A DNA stretch of 64,000 bases from an uncultured Clostridia bacterium (GCA_964422395.1 CAYRAO010000001.1:4900-68899), one strand, 5' to 3'. Counted from the stretch's first letter, positions 9,564-19,710 are shown. Numbers and translations: made by a program. The notes: generated by a model not told the origin, from the sequence alone.

Positions 9564-11112
9564 ATTCCGTTGCTCTGATTTCTCTGATAACCGTAACTTT
9601 TATTTGTCCCGGATATTCCATATCTTCCTGAATTTTCTTTGCTATATCTTTTGAAATCATAAATGTTTTATTGTCATCAGTCTCGTTAGAGTCAATTATC
9701 ACTCTAACTTCTCTTCCTGCTCTCAGAGCATAGGCTTTATTTACACCCTGGAAACTTACGGACAACTCTTCCAGTTCCTGAAGTCTTTTTATATATGATT
9801 CAAACATTTCACGTCTTGCTCCGGGTCTCGCTGCCGAAATTGCATCAGCGGATTGAACAAGGACACCCTCAATTGACGTGAAATCCACATCCATATGATG
9901 TGAAGCAATCGCATCCTGAATTTTTTTTGATTCCCCGAATTTCTTAACGAGATCAACTGATAATTTAGTGTGAGTACCTTCGGTTTCTCTATCAATAGAC
10001 TTCCCGATATCATGTAACAATCCGGCCCTTTTTGCTACACTTATATCGACACCGAGTTCTGTTGCCATGTATGTAGCAATCATCGCTACTTCCTTGGAGT
10101 GCTGAAGCACATTCTGACCGTAAGATGTTCTGTATTTCAGTTTACCAAGATATAGAAAAAGTTTTGGATTCAGATCAGGGATCCCCACTTCCATAACGGC
10201 ATTTTCGCCTACTTCTCTCAAATAGGAATCGAAATTATTTTTCTCTTTCTCAACCACTTCCTCAATTCTCGCAGGATGAATTCTTCCGTCACTAATAAGA
10301 GATTCGAGAACCCTCTTTGCAATTTCCCGCCTTATGGGATCAAAAGAAGAGACAATAATAGCCTCAGGAGTATCATCTACAATAAAATCAACTTCAGTCG
10401 CTGTTTCAAGTGCCCTTATATTTCGTCCCTCTCTTCCGATAATCCTTCCCTTCATTTCATCGTTGGGAAGATCAATTACAGTAACGGCAGAAGACATTAT
10501 ATGTTCGGTACCTATTCTTTGAATTGCAGTTGATACTATCTCCTTTGCAAGCAAAGAACTTTTTTCCTTGTACTCCTCTTCAACAACTTTTAACGATTTA
10601 ACAGCATCCATTTTCGCTTCATTTTCCAATTCCTTAATGATCGCATCTTTTGCCTCTTGTTCCGTCATGCCTGAAATCTTTTCAAGCTTCTCTTTTGCTT
10701 CGGATGTCAATTTTTCAAGTCCTTGTCTGATAACTTCAAACTCTTCCTCTTTCAATCTGTTATCATTTTCCCTTTTCTTAATCTCTCTATCCTTGTTATC
10801 TAAGCTCAAATACCTTTTATCGAGATTTTCTTCTTTTTGTATTAGTCTTCGCTCCAACTCATTTAGCTTATTAACCCTCTGACTATGTTTATTATTATAA
10901 TCATTTTTCCAGGAAATAAACTCTTCCTTCAAATCAAGGCTTATCTTATGTTTAAGAGTTTCTATCTCTTGCTCATTTTTCTTTCTCAACTCATTTTCAA
11001 TCTCATTGATTTTATTAAAATCCTTTGCAAATATTACCTTTCTCAAAACAAAGAACAGTACAAACGATATCACCGCTCCTATTACTATCGATACTATATT
11101 AATACTACCCAT
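9553..11112 (-). CDS. rny: Ribonuclease Y
   Basis: N-terminal TM, coiled coil, KH domain (KGRIIGREGRNIR), HD domain (LLHDIGK), ARPGARRE. Confidence 0.97.
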   Translation of the reverse strand: MGSINIVSIVIGAVISFVLFFVLRKVIFAKDFNKINEIENELRKKNEQEIETLKHKISLDLKEEFISWKNDYNNKHSQRVNKLNELERRLIQKEENLDKRYLSLDNKDREIKKRENDNRLKEEEFEVIRQGLEKLTSEAKEKLEKISGMTEQEAKDAIIKELENEAKMDAVKSLKVVEEEYKEKSSLLAKEIVSTAIQRIGTEHIMSSAVTVIDLPNDEMKGRIIGREGRNIRALETATEVDFIVDDTPEAIIVSSFDPIRREIAKRVLESLISDGRIHPARIEEVVEKEKNNFDSYLREVGENAVMEVGIPDLNPKLFLYLGKLKYRTSYGQNVLQHSKEVAMIATYMATELGVDISVAKRAGLLHDIGKSIDRETEGTHTKLSVDLVKKFGESKKIQDAIASHHMDVDFTSIEGVLVQSADAISAARPGARREMFESYIKRLQELEELSVSFQGVNKAYALRAGREVRVIIDSNETDDNKTFMISKDIAKKIQEDMEYPGQIKVTVIREIRATEYAK

Positions 11113-11440
11113 TTGATTTCTCCATCTTTCCTTTTTTTGAAAAACTTATCTGTCCCAACTCCTTACTCTCTTCTTTTGAAACAATTGAATCAATATTATC
11201 TAAAATGGATTTGAGTTTTGCATTTTCCTTTTTTAAATGAAAAAATTCTTCTGTTAAATTTATGGAAGTAAGGAGTCCGAGTCGAAAAATATCATTCTCC
11301 TCAGTACTGTTTTTTATTTTTGAATATTTATCTTCTACATAATTTATTATCTCAAGAAAGTCATCGGTATTAATCTTTCCTGAAATTACAAAGGAAAAAG
11401 GTTTCCCGAGAATTGATACATCAATCTCTTTAACTTTCAT
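11105..11440 (-). CDS. zapA: Cell division protein ZapA
   Basis: V-x-ILGKPF start, LGLLTSINLTEE motif, coiled-coil tail; conserved position pheT-zapB-zapA-rny. Confidence 0.75.
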   Translation of the reverse strand: MKVKEIDVSILGKPFSFVISGKINTDDFLEIINYVEDKYSKIKNSTEENDIFRLGLLTSINLTEEFFHLKKENAKLKSILDNIDSIVSKEESKELGQISFSKKGKMEKSNG

Positions 11441-11639
11441 CTTCTATCGATTCGATAAGCTTTATCAGCGATTTAACTCTTTTTTTAATTTGATCTTTTT
11501 CCGTATTGTTAATTGAACTTTCATTTCTGAGGTCTTTGAGTTTTTCAGTTAAAACAGCATTCTCATTTCTAAGCAATTCCAGATTGGTCACCATCTTTTT
11601 TACCTTTTCCTCAAGTTTGTTAAGATCCTCAATATTCAT
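11430..11639 (-). CDS. ZapB-like coiled-coil protein
   Basis: 69-aa coiled coil (LEEKVKKMVTNLELLRNENAVL) between pheT and zapA. Confidence 0.65.
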   Translation of the reverse strand: MNIEDLNKLEEKVKKMVTNLELLRNENAVLTEKLKDLRNESSINNTEKDQIKKRVKSLIKLIESIEDES

Positions 11640-11649
11640 TTTTTTCTCC

Positions 11650-13692
11650 CTAACGATGAATAACCCCTAATTCATCAATCAATTTTCCAGCAAGGGTATT
11701 ATGCAATTCATTAACTTCATCATTTGTCAAAGTCTTTTCAAGACTTCTATATCTAAAATTCATAAGCATACTGATCTTACCCTTGGGAATATCCTTTCCT
11801 TCATAAAGATCCGTTAGAGAATAATCTTCGAGATCTTCAGGTCTATGCTTTTCTATCGTTTTTTTTATTTGATCATAACTAACATCCCTACTACTAAGAA
11901 AAGAAAAATCCCTTATAGCATAAGGAAACTTATTCCAAAGCTTAAATTTTTTCTCTTCTCTCTTGTCAGCAATAAGTTCGAGGTCAATCTGGCAAGTAAA
12001 AACAGGATTGTCAATCTTATAATAGTTAATAACCGACTCCCCGATCTCTCCTATAAATCCAACTATTTCCCCGTCTATTTCAATATCAAAACTATATGAT
12101 GAACAAAGAAAATTTGTGTATTTATCTGAAAGTTTCAGATCAACGGCGAAACCTGAATTATTTAGAAATGCCATCACCTGAGATTTGAACAGAAAGAAAT
12201 CGAAAATACGACCGTTTCCGTCCTTCCAGTTGGGAAGGGATTCAAATCCGGAAACGGAAAGACAGAAAAGCTCTTTTTCAATTAATTCATTACCTTTTTT
12301 ACAAAAAACCGTTCCTGATTCAAACAAAGATATTCTCTTGAAATCATTATTGAAATTTGTTGCGGTGTTTTTTAAGATACCCGGGATAAGAGAATTTCGC
12401 ATAATGGCATAATCGGAACCTATGGGATTTTTTATTTCAACATTTGAATTTTCATTTCCGAAGAAAGAATTATCTTTTAAGGTATGAAAACTATAATTAA
12501 TCACTTCACTGTACCCGTTTGAAATAAAATGATTCCTGAATCTTTCAAGTAAATCTCTTTTATTATAACTTTTTACCGATTTACTTACCGTTTTCGGGAT
12601 AGTGGAATCAAGTTTGTCATACCCGTAAATTCTTATGATCTCTTCCACGATATCTTCATGTCCGTTTATATCCACTCTGAAGGAAGGAACTTCTATATTC
12701 CATTTTTCTCCTTCATCTTTAACATTGAATCCAAGATTTTTTAGTATTTCCAAAGAAATATTCATTGGAATTTCAATTCCCGTAAACTTGTCTGGGAAAT
12801 TTTTTCCCATAGTTATAAATTGTTTTTTATGTTTAACCGGATATAGATCAAAATATTGAATAATATCGGGATTATTTTTCAATTCATTAAAAATAAGTTG
12901 AATTGTCAAATCAATTATACGGTTTGTATTTTCAATATCAGCTCCCCTCTCGAACAAATAAGAAGCATCGGTTTTCATTCCGAATTTTCTTGAAGTTTTT
13001 CTTATTCTGGAAGGAGCAAACCATGCACTCTCAATGAATATATTAGCCGTCTCGTTTGTTACACTTGAAAACTCCCCGCCCATGACTCCGGCAAGAGCAA
13101 TCGGTTTATCTATATCCGCTATAACGAGGTCGGAATCATCCAGCGTTTTTCTTTCACCGTCAAGAAGGATCAATTCTTCTTCCGGTTCCGCATTTCTTAT
13201 GATGATTTTCTTACCGTTGATTTTTTCAAGATCAAAGATGTGAATCGGGTGTCCATATGTCATTAAAATCACATTTGATATATCAACAACATTGTTGACC
13301 GACCGTAACCCGAAACTTTCAATTAAAAACTTTAGTGAAGGTGAAGATTCCTCAACTTTGACATTATTAAGTATAGCTCCGGAATACCTTGGACACCCTT
13401 CTTTATCCTCTATAACTACTTTAAATTCACTTTGCCCCTCTTCCGACTTATGTTCTACAACAATATCTTTTAAATTTAATTTTGTATTCTTCGCAAATAT
13501 TTCTCTTGCAATTCCGTAATGTGATAACCAGTCGGGTCTGTTAGGTGTAATCTCCACTTCAAAAATATCTTTCCCGTTCAAGACAATCATTTCAGCAACT
13601 TCTATACCTATTGATGCAAGAAGCTCTTTTAGTTCCGACTTAGTATAGTTATGATCAATGAAGTTTTTTATATACTCTAAATTAATTCTCAT
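11650..13692 (-). CDS. pheT: Phenylalanine-tRNA ligase beta subunit (short form)
   Basis: EITPNRPDWLS, B3/4 domain, RVDINGHEDIVEEIIRIYGY, C-terminal FDX-ACB domain. Confidence 0.95.
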   Translation of the reverse strand: MRINLEYIKNFIDHNYTKSELKELLASIGIEVAEMIVLNGKDIFEVEITPNRPDWLSHYGIAREIFAKNTKLNLKDIVVEHKSEEGQSEFKVVIEDKEGCPRYSGAILNNVKVEESSPSLKFLIESFGLRSVNNVVDISNVILMTYGHPIHIFDLEKINGKKIIIRNAEPEEELILLDGERKTLDDSDLVIADIDKPIALAGVMGGEFSSVTNETANIFIESAWFAPSRIRKTSRKFGMKTDASYLFERGADIENTNRIIDLTIQLIFNELKNNPDIIQYFDLYPVKHKKQFITMGKNFPDKFTGIEIPMNISLEILKNLGFNVKDEGEKWNIEVPSFRVDINGHEDIVEEIIRIYGYDKLDSTIPKTVSKSVKSYNKRDLLERFRNHFISNGYSEVINYSFHTLKDNSFFGNENSNVEIKNPIGSDYAIMRNSLIPGILKNTATNFNNDFKRISLFESGTVFCKKGNELIEKELFCLSVSGFESLPNWKDGNGRIFDFFLFKSQVMAFLNNSGFAVDLKLSDKYTNFLCSSYSFDIEIDGEIVGFIGEIGESVINYYKIDNPVFTCQIDLELIADKREEKKFKLWNKFPYAIRDFSFLSSRDVSYDQIKKTIEKHRPEDLEDYSLTDLYEGKDIPKGKISMLMNFRYRSLEKTLTNDEVNELHNTLAGKLIDELGVIHR

Positions 13693-13695
13693 TTT

Positions 13696-14727
13696 TTACC
13701 CGAATTGGTTGTTGAATCTAAGATCGTTCTCGTAGAGGTACCTCAAATCTGTAACACCATACTTTAACATTGCTATCCTCTCAATTCCCAGTCCAAATGC
13801 AAAACCTGAAAATTTGTCGGGATCTATGCCACAATTATTCAACACTTCCCTGTGAACCATGCCACTTCCGAGAATCTCTAACCATCCGCTACCTTTACAA
13901 ATTCTACATTTCTTATCTTCTCCGGAACAAAGAAAACAACTTATATCCACTTCAGCTGACGGTTCGGTAAAAGGAAAATATCCCGGTCTGAACCTTAATA
14001 AGGTTTCATTTCCAAAAAGTGTTCTCAAAAATAATTCAAGAGTCCCCTTTAAATGTGAAAAAGTTATCCCCGAGTCGACAAGCAAACCTTCAATCTGGTG
14101 AAAAACCGGAACATGAGTAGCATCAGGTTCATCTTTTCTGAACACTTTTCCGGGGGATATTATCTTCATAGGGGGTTTGTTATTCTTCATGTATCTTACT
14201 TGTACGGGAGAAGTATGAGTTCTAAGCAATAAATTATCATATCCACTTATAAAAAAAGTATCCTGTTCATCTCTTGCGGGATGATCTTCTTTAAAGTTCA
14301 GAAGTGTAAAATTATTTTCGTCAAGCTCAATCTCAGGTCCGTCGGCAATAAGATAACCCATATTGAGAAAAATATTCTCAATGGATCTCCTTATAAACGT
14401 TATAAGGTGAGTACTGCCCGCTACTATATTGAACTCAGGTAAATATCCGTCGATTTTTTCTTCGGATTCGGTTCCAAGATTCCCTTCGGCTTCTCTGAGT
14501 TTTTCTTCCGTGAATTTCTTTGCAGTATTTATCAGACTACCGAATAGTGGCTTATCCTTTGCCGGTAATTCCTTCAACTTCATCATAAGAGATGAAAGTA
14601 GTCCTCTCTTTCTACTTAGATACCTATCCCTTAATTTTTGGAATTCTTCATGAGATTGAATATTTTCTATTTCATTTAATAACTTTTCTTTTATACTCTC
14701 AATCTCAATTCTGAGATTATCAATCAT
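13696..14727 (-). CDS. pheS: Phenylalanine-tRNA ligase alpha subunit
   Basis: [38 protein letters not shown]. Confidence 0.98.
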   Translation of the reverse strand: MIDNLRIEIESIKEKLLNEIENIQSHEEFQKLRDRYLSRKRGLLSSLMMKLKELPAKDKPLFGSLINTAKKFTEEKLREAEGNLGTESEEKIDGYLPEFNIVAGSTHLITFIRRSIENIFLNMGYLIADGPEIELDENNFTLLNFKEDHPARDEQDTFFISGYDNLLLRTHTSPVQVRYMKNNKPPMKIISPGKVFRKDEPDATHVPVFHQIEGLLVDSGITFSHLKGTLELFLRTLFGNETLLRFRPGYFPFTEPSAEVDISCFLCSGEDKKCRICKGSGWLEILGSGMVHREVLNNCGIDPDKFSGFAFGLGIERIAMLKYGVTDLRYLYENDLRFNNQFG

Positions 14728-15077
14728 AAGGCTGCTTTTACTTTATCAACAATAATCTTAAAAGTTTCCGGATCATTTATTGCCAGATTGGATAATATTT
14801 TTCTATTGAGTATAATATCGGCTTTTTTAAGACCATTCATGAATTTTGAATAGTTCAAATCATATTCTCTAGTAGCGGCATTGATCCTGATATTCCAGAG
14901 TTTTCTGAAATCTCTTTTTTTGTTTCTTCTATCTCTGTAAGCATATGTTAACGCTTTCTCTACCGCTTCTTTGGCTGTCCTGTAGTTTGATTTTTTTGTG
15001 CCGAAAAATCCCTTTGCAAGTTTAAGTATCTTCTTCCTTCTTAATAATTTTTTATTTCCTCTCGTAACTCTTGGCAT
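14724..15077 (-). CDS. rplT: 50S ribosomal protein L20
   Basis: [31 protein letters not shown]. Confidence 0.98.
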   Translation of the reverse strand: MPRVTRGNKKLLRRKKILKLAKGFFGTKKSNYRTAKEAVEKALTYAYRDRRNKKRDFRKLWNIRINAATREYDLNYSKFMNGLKKADIILNRKILSNLAINDPETFKIIVDKVKAAL

Positions 15078-15086
15078 TGTTTCCCC

Positions 15087-15284
15087 CTATGAATAAGGTA
15101 AAAGAGCTTTTACTCTCTTATATTCTTCACTTACCACAACAGTAGAACTCTTTAAGTTTCTTTTCCTCTTTCTGTTTTTTTTAGTAAGTATATGTGAAGC
15201 ATTCGCTTTCATTCTCGTAATTTTGCCGCTTCCCGTTACCTTAAACCTTTTTTTTGCTCCTCTATGCGTTTTTAGTTTTGGCAT
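15087..15284 (-). CDS. rpmI: 50S ribosomal protein L35
   Basis: [21 protein letters not shown]; second ATG fits the GGAGG spacing. Confidence 0.97.
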   Translation of the reverse strand: MPKLKTHRGAKKRFKVTGSGKITRMKANASHILTKKNRKRKRNLKSSTVVVSEEYKRVKALLPYS

Positions 15285-15825
15285 CATTTCCTCCTTTTTT
15301 CTGTCCGATAAGAATATGGTAACTCCACCTTTCTCTCTTTGGCGGTGATTCGATATCAGAAATGTCCTTTAGTATCTCAACGATTCTTTCGGTCATTATG
15401 TCAAGCATCTCAGGCTTTCTCTTTTGTCTTCCCTTGAGCCATATTGTAATCTTTACTTTATTCCCTTCTTCAAGAAATTGTTTTATTTTTTTTAACTTAA
15501 CTTCTATATCATGATCTCCGATAACAGGAGTAAATTTTATCTCTTTAATATGAATCTTCCTCTGCATTTTCTGAGCTTCGTGAGCCTTTTTCTGAAGTGA
15601 ATAGATATACTTCCCATAATCAAGAAGTCTGCAAACCGGAGGATCCGCATTTGGAGATATTGCAACGAGATCAAGATCCTTTTCTCTTGCTAATTCCAAT
15701 GCTTTTTCAGCAGATACTATTCCGACTTGATTTTTTTCTTCGTCAATCAACCTTATTTTTGAAGCTCTTATCTCTTCATTGATTAGGTGAAGCCTCTTTT
15801 TCTTTATGCGTTTATTGTATTTCAT
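15262..15825 (-). CDS. infC: Translation initiation factor IF-3 (start codon uncertain)
   Basis: [32 protein letters not shown]; located between thrS and rpmI. Confidence 0.96.
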   Translation of the reverse strand: MKYNKRIKKKRLHLINEEIRASKIRLIDEEKNQVGIVSAEKALELAREKDLDLVAISPNADPPVCRLLDYGKYIYSLQKKAHEAQKMQRKIHIKEIKFTPVIGDHDIEVKLKKIKQFLEEGNKVKITIWLKGRQKRKPEMLDIMTERIVEILKDISDIESPPKRERWSYHILIGQKKGGNDAKTKNA

Positions 15826-17659
15826 GTTCCGGACATTTCTCCTCTCTTATCCTGTTAATTTCTTTTAAAAAATTCATAATATCTATTTTACCCTGATCCC
15901 CTTTTTTGTGGATCCGGTACGAAATATTTCCCTTCTCTTCCTCTTCATCTCCGATAATTAGAATATAGGGTATTTTCATATTTTCCGCATCTCTAATCTT
16001 CCTTCCGATCCCTTCATTCCTACTATCAACCTCAACTCGAAAGCCTTTCTCCTTTATGGTGGTCGCAATATTTTCCGAATATTTATTATTTTTATCCGAG
16101 ACAGGCAAAATAATAACCTGAACCGGAGCCAACCATAAAGGGAATGCTCCGCCATAATGCTCAATAAGTATACCGAAAAATCTTTCAAGTGATCCGAGCA
16201 GTGCCCTGTGTATCATAATCGGTTTCTTTATTTTACCGTCATTATCGGAATATTTTAGGTTAAATCTTTCAGGAAGGTTAAAATCTACCTGAATTGTCGT
16301 ACATTGCCACGATCTTTCAAAACGATCCTTAACTTTTATATCAATTTTGGGTCCGTAAAAAACTCCCTCACCGGGGTCAACACTATAATTCACACCTAAC
16401 CGTTCAAGTGCTTTTTTTAGTGCATCGGTTGCTTTTTCCCAATCGGAGATTTCTCCTACAAATTTTTCCGGTCTGGTTGAAAGAAACACTTCCAACTCTT
16501 TAAAACCAAACTCACGAAGCATCCTCAAACTGAAGTCAATCAAATTTTCAACTTCCGAATCAAGTTGTTCGGGAGTACAAAAAAGATGTGCATCATCTTG
16601 AGTAAAACCACGCACCCTCAAAAGTCCGTGAAGTACTCCGCTCCTCTCGTATCTGTAAACCGTACCAAGCTCCGCCCATTTAAGGGGCATTTCTCTGTAA
16701 CTTCTATTTCTTGACTTGAATATTTCAATATGAAAAGGACAGTTCATAGGCTTCAATCTATATTTGGTATTATCAAATTCTATGGGAGTAAACATATTTT
16801 TTTCATAAAATCCATTGTGACCGCTTGTATTCCAAAGCTCATACTTTGCAATGTGAGGGGAGTTTACCAATTGGTATCCGTTTTTCAAATGTTCATCAAA
16901 CCAAAATTTTTCAATCTCATGCCTGATCATACTACCTTTCGGATGCCATAACACAAGTCCGGCTCCGATCTCATCACTTATTGAATAAAGATCAAGCTCT
17001 TTTCCCAATTTTCTATGATCCATTCTCTTTGCTTCTTCAAGCATATTTAAATGATTCTTTAACTGTTCATCGGTTGGAAAAACAACTCCATACACTCTCT
17101 GCATGGATATTCCGTTCTCTTCACCTTTCCAGTACGATGATGCAATCGAAGTTAATTTAAAATTTTTCAGGTAACCGGTTGACGGCAAATGCGGTCCTCT
17201 GCAAAGATCCGTAAAATCACCTTGAGAGTAGACCGAAACTTCGTCATTAAGAACTTTATCTTCGATCAGTTCAACTTTCAAGTTCTGACCCCTCTCTTTG
17301 AAAAATTTTATAGATTCCTCTTTGCTTAGTATTTCTCTATTGATTTTTATATTCTGCTTGACAAGGAATCTCATCTTTTTGGTTATTTTCTTCAAATCTT
17401 CAGGAGTAAACGGATCATCCGTAATAAAATCGTAGTAAAATCCATTGTGTAGAGCGGGGCCAACACCATATTGTGTATTAGGATACAGTTCCACAACTGC
17501 TTGTGCCAACAAATGAGCACAACTGTGTCTATACACTTCCAATGATTCCGGCGAATCGGTTCCTATTTCCACAACTTCAGAACCTTCATTTGCCGAAAAA
17601 GAGAGATCTTTTATCTCTCCGTCAACTTTTAACAAAATAGTATTTTTACCTTTTCCCAT
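15812..17659 (-). CDS. thrS: Threonine-tRNA ligase
   Basis: RHSCAHLL, DLCRGPH, KPMNCPFH, RVRGFTQDDAH, MIHRALLGSLERF. Confidence 0.98.
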   Translation of the reverse strand: MGKGKNTILLKVDGEIKDLSFSANEGSEVVEIGTDSPESLEVYRHSCAHLLAQAVVELYPNTQYGVGPALHNGFYYDFITDDPFTPEDLKKITKKMRFLVKQNIKINREILSKEESIKFFKERGQNLKVELIEDKVLNDEVSVYSQGDFTDLCRGPHLPSTGYLKNFKLTSIASSYWKGEENGISMQRVYGVVFPTDEQLKNHLNMLEEAKRMDHRKLGKELDLYSISDEIGAGLVLWHPKGSMIRHEIEKFWFDEHLKNGYQLVNSPHIAKYELWNTSGHNGFYEKNMFTPIEFDNTKYRLKPMNCPFHIEIFKSRNRSYREMPLKWAELGTVYRYERSGVLHGLLRVRGFTQDDAHLFCTPEQLDSEVENLIDFSLRMLREFGFKELEVFLSTRPEKFVGEISDWEKATDALKKALERLGVNYSVDPGEGVFYGPKIDIKVKDRFERSWQCTTIQVDFNLPERFNLKYSDNDGKIKKPIMIHRALLGSLERFFGILIEHYGGAFPLWLAPVQVIILPVSDKNNKYSENIATTIKEKGFRVEVDSRNEGIGRKIRDAENMKIPYILIIGDEEEEKGNISYRIHKKGDQGKIDIMNFLKEINRIREEKCPEHEIQ

Positions 17660-17667
17660 TTAATAAA

Positions 17668-17741
17668 TAGGCACGGGCGGACTCGAACCGCCGACTTCTA
17701 CCATGTCAAGATAGCACTCTAACCAACTGAGTTACGCGCCT
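17668..17741 (-). tRNA. tRNA-Val(GAC), no encoded CCA
   Basis: Cloverleaf: acceptor AGGCGCG/CGTGCCT, anticodon arm CTATC-TTGACAT-GGTAG, T arm GGCGG-TTCGAGT-CCGCC. Confidence 0.95.
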
Positions 17742-17758
17742 TTTCCGCGACTTAAAAG

Positions 17759-18034
17759 TCACTCTACCGATTCCTTCAATTTTTTAGCCGGAAGAAATTT
17801 CACACTCCTTCTTCTCGGAATAACAATTTCTTCTCCTGTTCGGGGATTTCTACCCTTTTTCTTTTTCTTAATGATAGTCCTAAAAGATCCCAAACCGACA
17901 AGAGTCATTTTCCCATCTTTCTTCATTAACTCATCAGTAATGGTGTCTATCATTAAATTAACAAACTTAAGAGCCTTGGTCTTTGTCATGTCAGTATTCT
18001 TTATCAATTCATTAACCAATTCATTTTTATTCAT
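17759..18034 (-). CDS. HU family DNA-binding protein
   Basis: MNKNELV, LVGLGSF, GRNPRTGEEIVIP, VKFLPAKKLKE. Confidence 0.92.
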   Translation of the reverse strand: MNKNELVNELIKNTDMTKTKALKFVNLMIDTITDELMKKDGKMTLVGLGSFRTIIKKKKKGRNPRTGEEIVIPRRRSVKFLPAKKLKESVE

Positions 18035-18057
18035 TGAAATACTCCCGAATATAGCTA

Positions 18058-18086
18058 TATTTACATCAAAATAGGTAAAAAGTCAA
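18058..18086 (-). promoter_or_regulatory. Sigma70-like promoter for the HU-tRNA-thrS run
   Basis: TTGACT-N17-TAAATA. Confidence 0.6.
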
Positions 18087-18202
18087 TACCATGAACGGTT
18101 TCGTCACTCTATTTCCATATATAAAATCACCCTATCACCCATCACTGTACGACACTTTACTATTAAAATTGTCATGTAATTAAACACGAAATAAATAAAC
18201 AA

Positions 18203-19363
18203 TTAATTTTTATTAAGTAATTCCTTTAGCTTCTTCTCAAGTGCATATCCCAAAAGCTCATTTCTGGTTGCAATAATAGTCCCTTTTTTATCTATCAAAA
18301 AACTGGTTGGAATTCCCCTTATTGCATATTTCTTAGCACTCTCGGATTTTATTCCATTTAATACACGCACATTAATCCACGGAACATTTTCCTCTTTTAA
18401 CGCATCAATCCAGTTTTCTTCCTCCGTATCTATAGATACCGCATATATCTCAAAACCCTCGGAGTGATATTTTTTATATACTTCTTTTAAACTCGGAAAT
18501 TCATTACGGCACGGATGACACCAACTTGCCCAAAAATCAAGAAGAGTAAACTTATTTTTCATAACTACTTTTCCCAGATCCACTTTTTTACCGTCGGTAG
18601 AAACCTCTGAAATTTTTATAAAAGTTTTTCCCTTACTCATTATTGAATCTCTATTTTTCCATTTAAGAAGACGCTCCCTTAATTTGTTCAGGTAAGCATC
18701 ACTACCTATTTCCTTCTCATATTGCTCTAACATAGCTAATCTTTTTTGCAAACCGTAAGTTTTCAGATCATAATTATCGGACAGAACAAAAAATTTTGTT
18801 AACGCAGGATAATCTCCGTTTAATATACCGTTCTGATAGCTCCTTTTTATACTTAATACCACGCTGTTTTTATCATTCAAATCATTTTTCAGTTCTCTCT
18901 CGGCAATTCTATCCAACTTTTTTTTTAAATCAATTGCTTTAATTTCAAAGTTCTTCTTAGCTTCAAGATATTTCTGTTTATAAGTATATCCATAAACCAA
19001 CTTATGTATCATTCCACCTTTAGTGTAAGTATTGTATTTATCAATCGTAGTTTTATATGAATAATTTTCAAGAATTAATTCGGTAAAGATCGAAAGTTCA
19101 TCAATTTTCAAAATAACTTTTGAAGGTTTTTCAACATTTCCCTTGAAGCAAAACTTTCTATTCACTACCGGTACGGTAGCTATGGTTTTCCCATCAAAAT
19201 CCGAAAGTTCGGCAATTATACTCTTACTGTCATCCAAAACAACATTTTTACCAATTGTTCCCGAGAGCTCATAACCGGTCTTGGTATCTCCCCCGCAAGA
19301 AATAAAATACAGACAGACAAAGATACATATCAATAAAGATTTAAACAATTTAAAGTTTTTCAT
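18203..19363 (-). CDS. TlpA/AhpC-TSA thiol-disulfide oxidoreductase lipoprotein with DUF4369-like N-domain
   Basis: Lipoprotein-like signal (YFISCGG); C-terminal thioredoxin fold LDFWASWCHPC, YAIRGIPTSFLID. Confidence 0.85.
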   Translation of the reverse strand: MKNFKLFKSLLICIFVCLYFISCGGDTKTGYELSGTIGKNVVLDDSKSIIAELSDFDGKTIATVPVVNRKFCFKGNVEKPSKVILKIDELSIFTELILENYSYKTTIDKYNTYTKGGMIHKLVYGYTYKQKYLEAKKNFEIKAIDLKKKLDRIAERELKNDLNDKNSVVLSIKRSYQNGILNGDYPALTKFFVLSDNYDLKTYGLQKRLAMLEQYEKEIGSDAYLNKLRERLLKWKNRDSIMSKGKTFIKISEVSTDGKKVDLGKVVMKNKFTLLDFWASWCHPCRNEFPSLKEVYKKYHSEGFEIYAVSIDTEEENWIDALKEENVPWINVRVLNGIKSESAKKYAIRGIPTSFLIDKKGTIIATRNELLGYALEKKLKELLNKN

Positions 19364-19532
19364 TCAGACACTCCTTCGTTATTCGTAATAATTCTATGAT
19401 AAATCCACTTCTTAAGATATACTATTTTACTTGTTTTTACCATAGTTTCGGATTATGCAAAAAAATAAAAAGCATTTATCAAGCTATTGTTCGGATAAAA
19501 GAAATATGATATGATTTTTTCCAAATTGTTTT

Positions 19533-19616
19533 GCCGGGGTGGCGGAATAGGCAGACGCACGGGACTTAAAATCCCGGGAGGGCGACCTCGTGGGGGTTCG
19601 ATTCCCCCCTCCGGCA
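19533..19616 (+). tRNA. tRNA-Leu(TAA), no encoded CCA
   Basis: GCCGGGG acceptor, anticodon arm CGGGA-CTTAAAA-TCCCG, long variable arm, GGGGG-TTCGATT-CCCCC. Confidence 0.95.
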
Positions 19617-19676
19617 AGCTTAACAATTTAATTTGAGAAATTATTTTCAGAAATAAATATCTTCACGACAATGATA

Positions 19677-19710
19677 AAAAAAAAAGGGGAACCTTTAAGG
19701 CTCCCCTTAT
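19677..19710 (-). terminator. Intrinsic terminator (possibly bidirectional)
   Basis: AAGGGGAACC-TTTAA-GGCTCCCCTT hairpin with an A-run on its left (U-tract on the minus strand), downstream of 19736..20206. Confidence 0.7.

Noticed and set aside
13295-13306. TTGACCGACCGT, a 12-nt match to half of the TetR operator
   Set aside because: Lies inside pheT coding sequence and lacks the second arm; probably coincidental.
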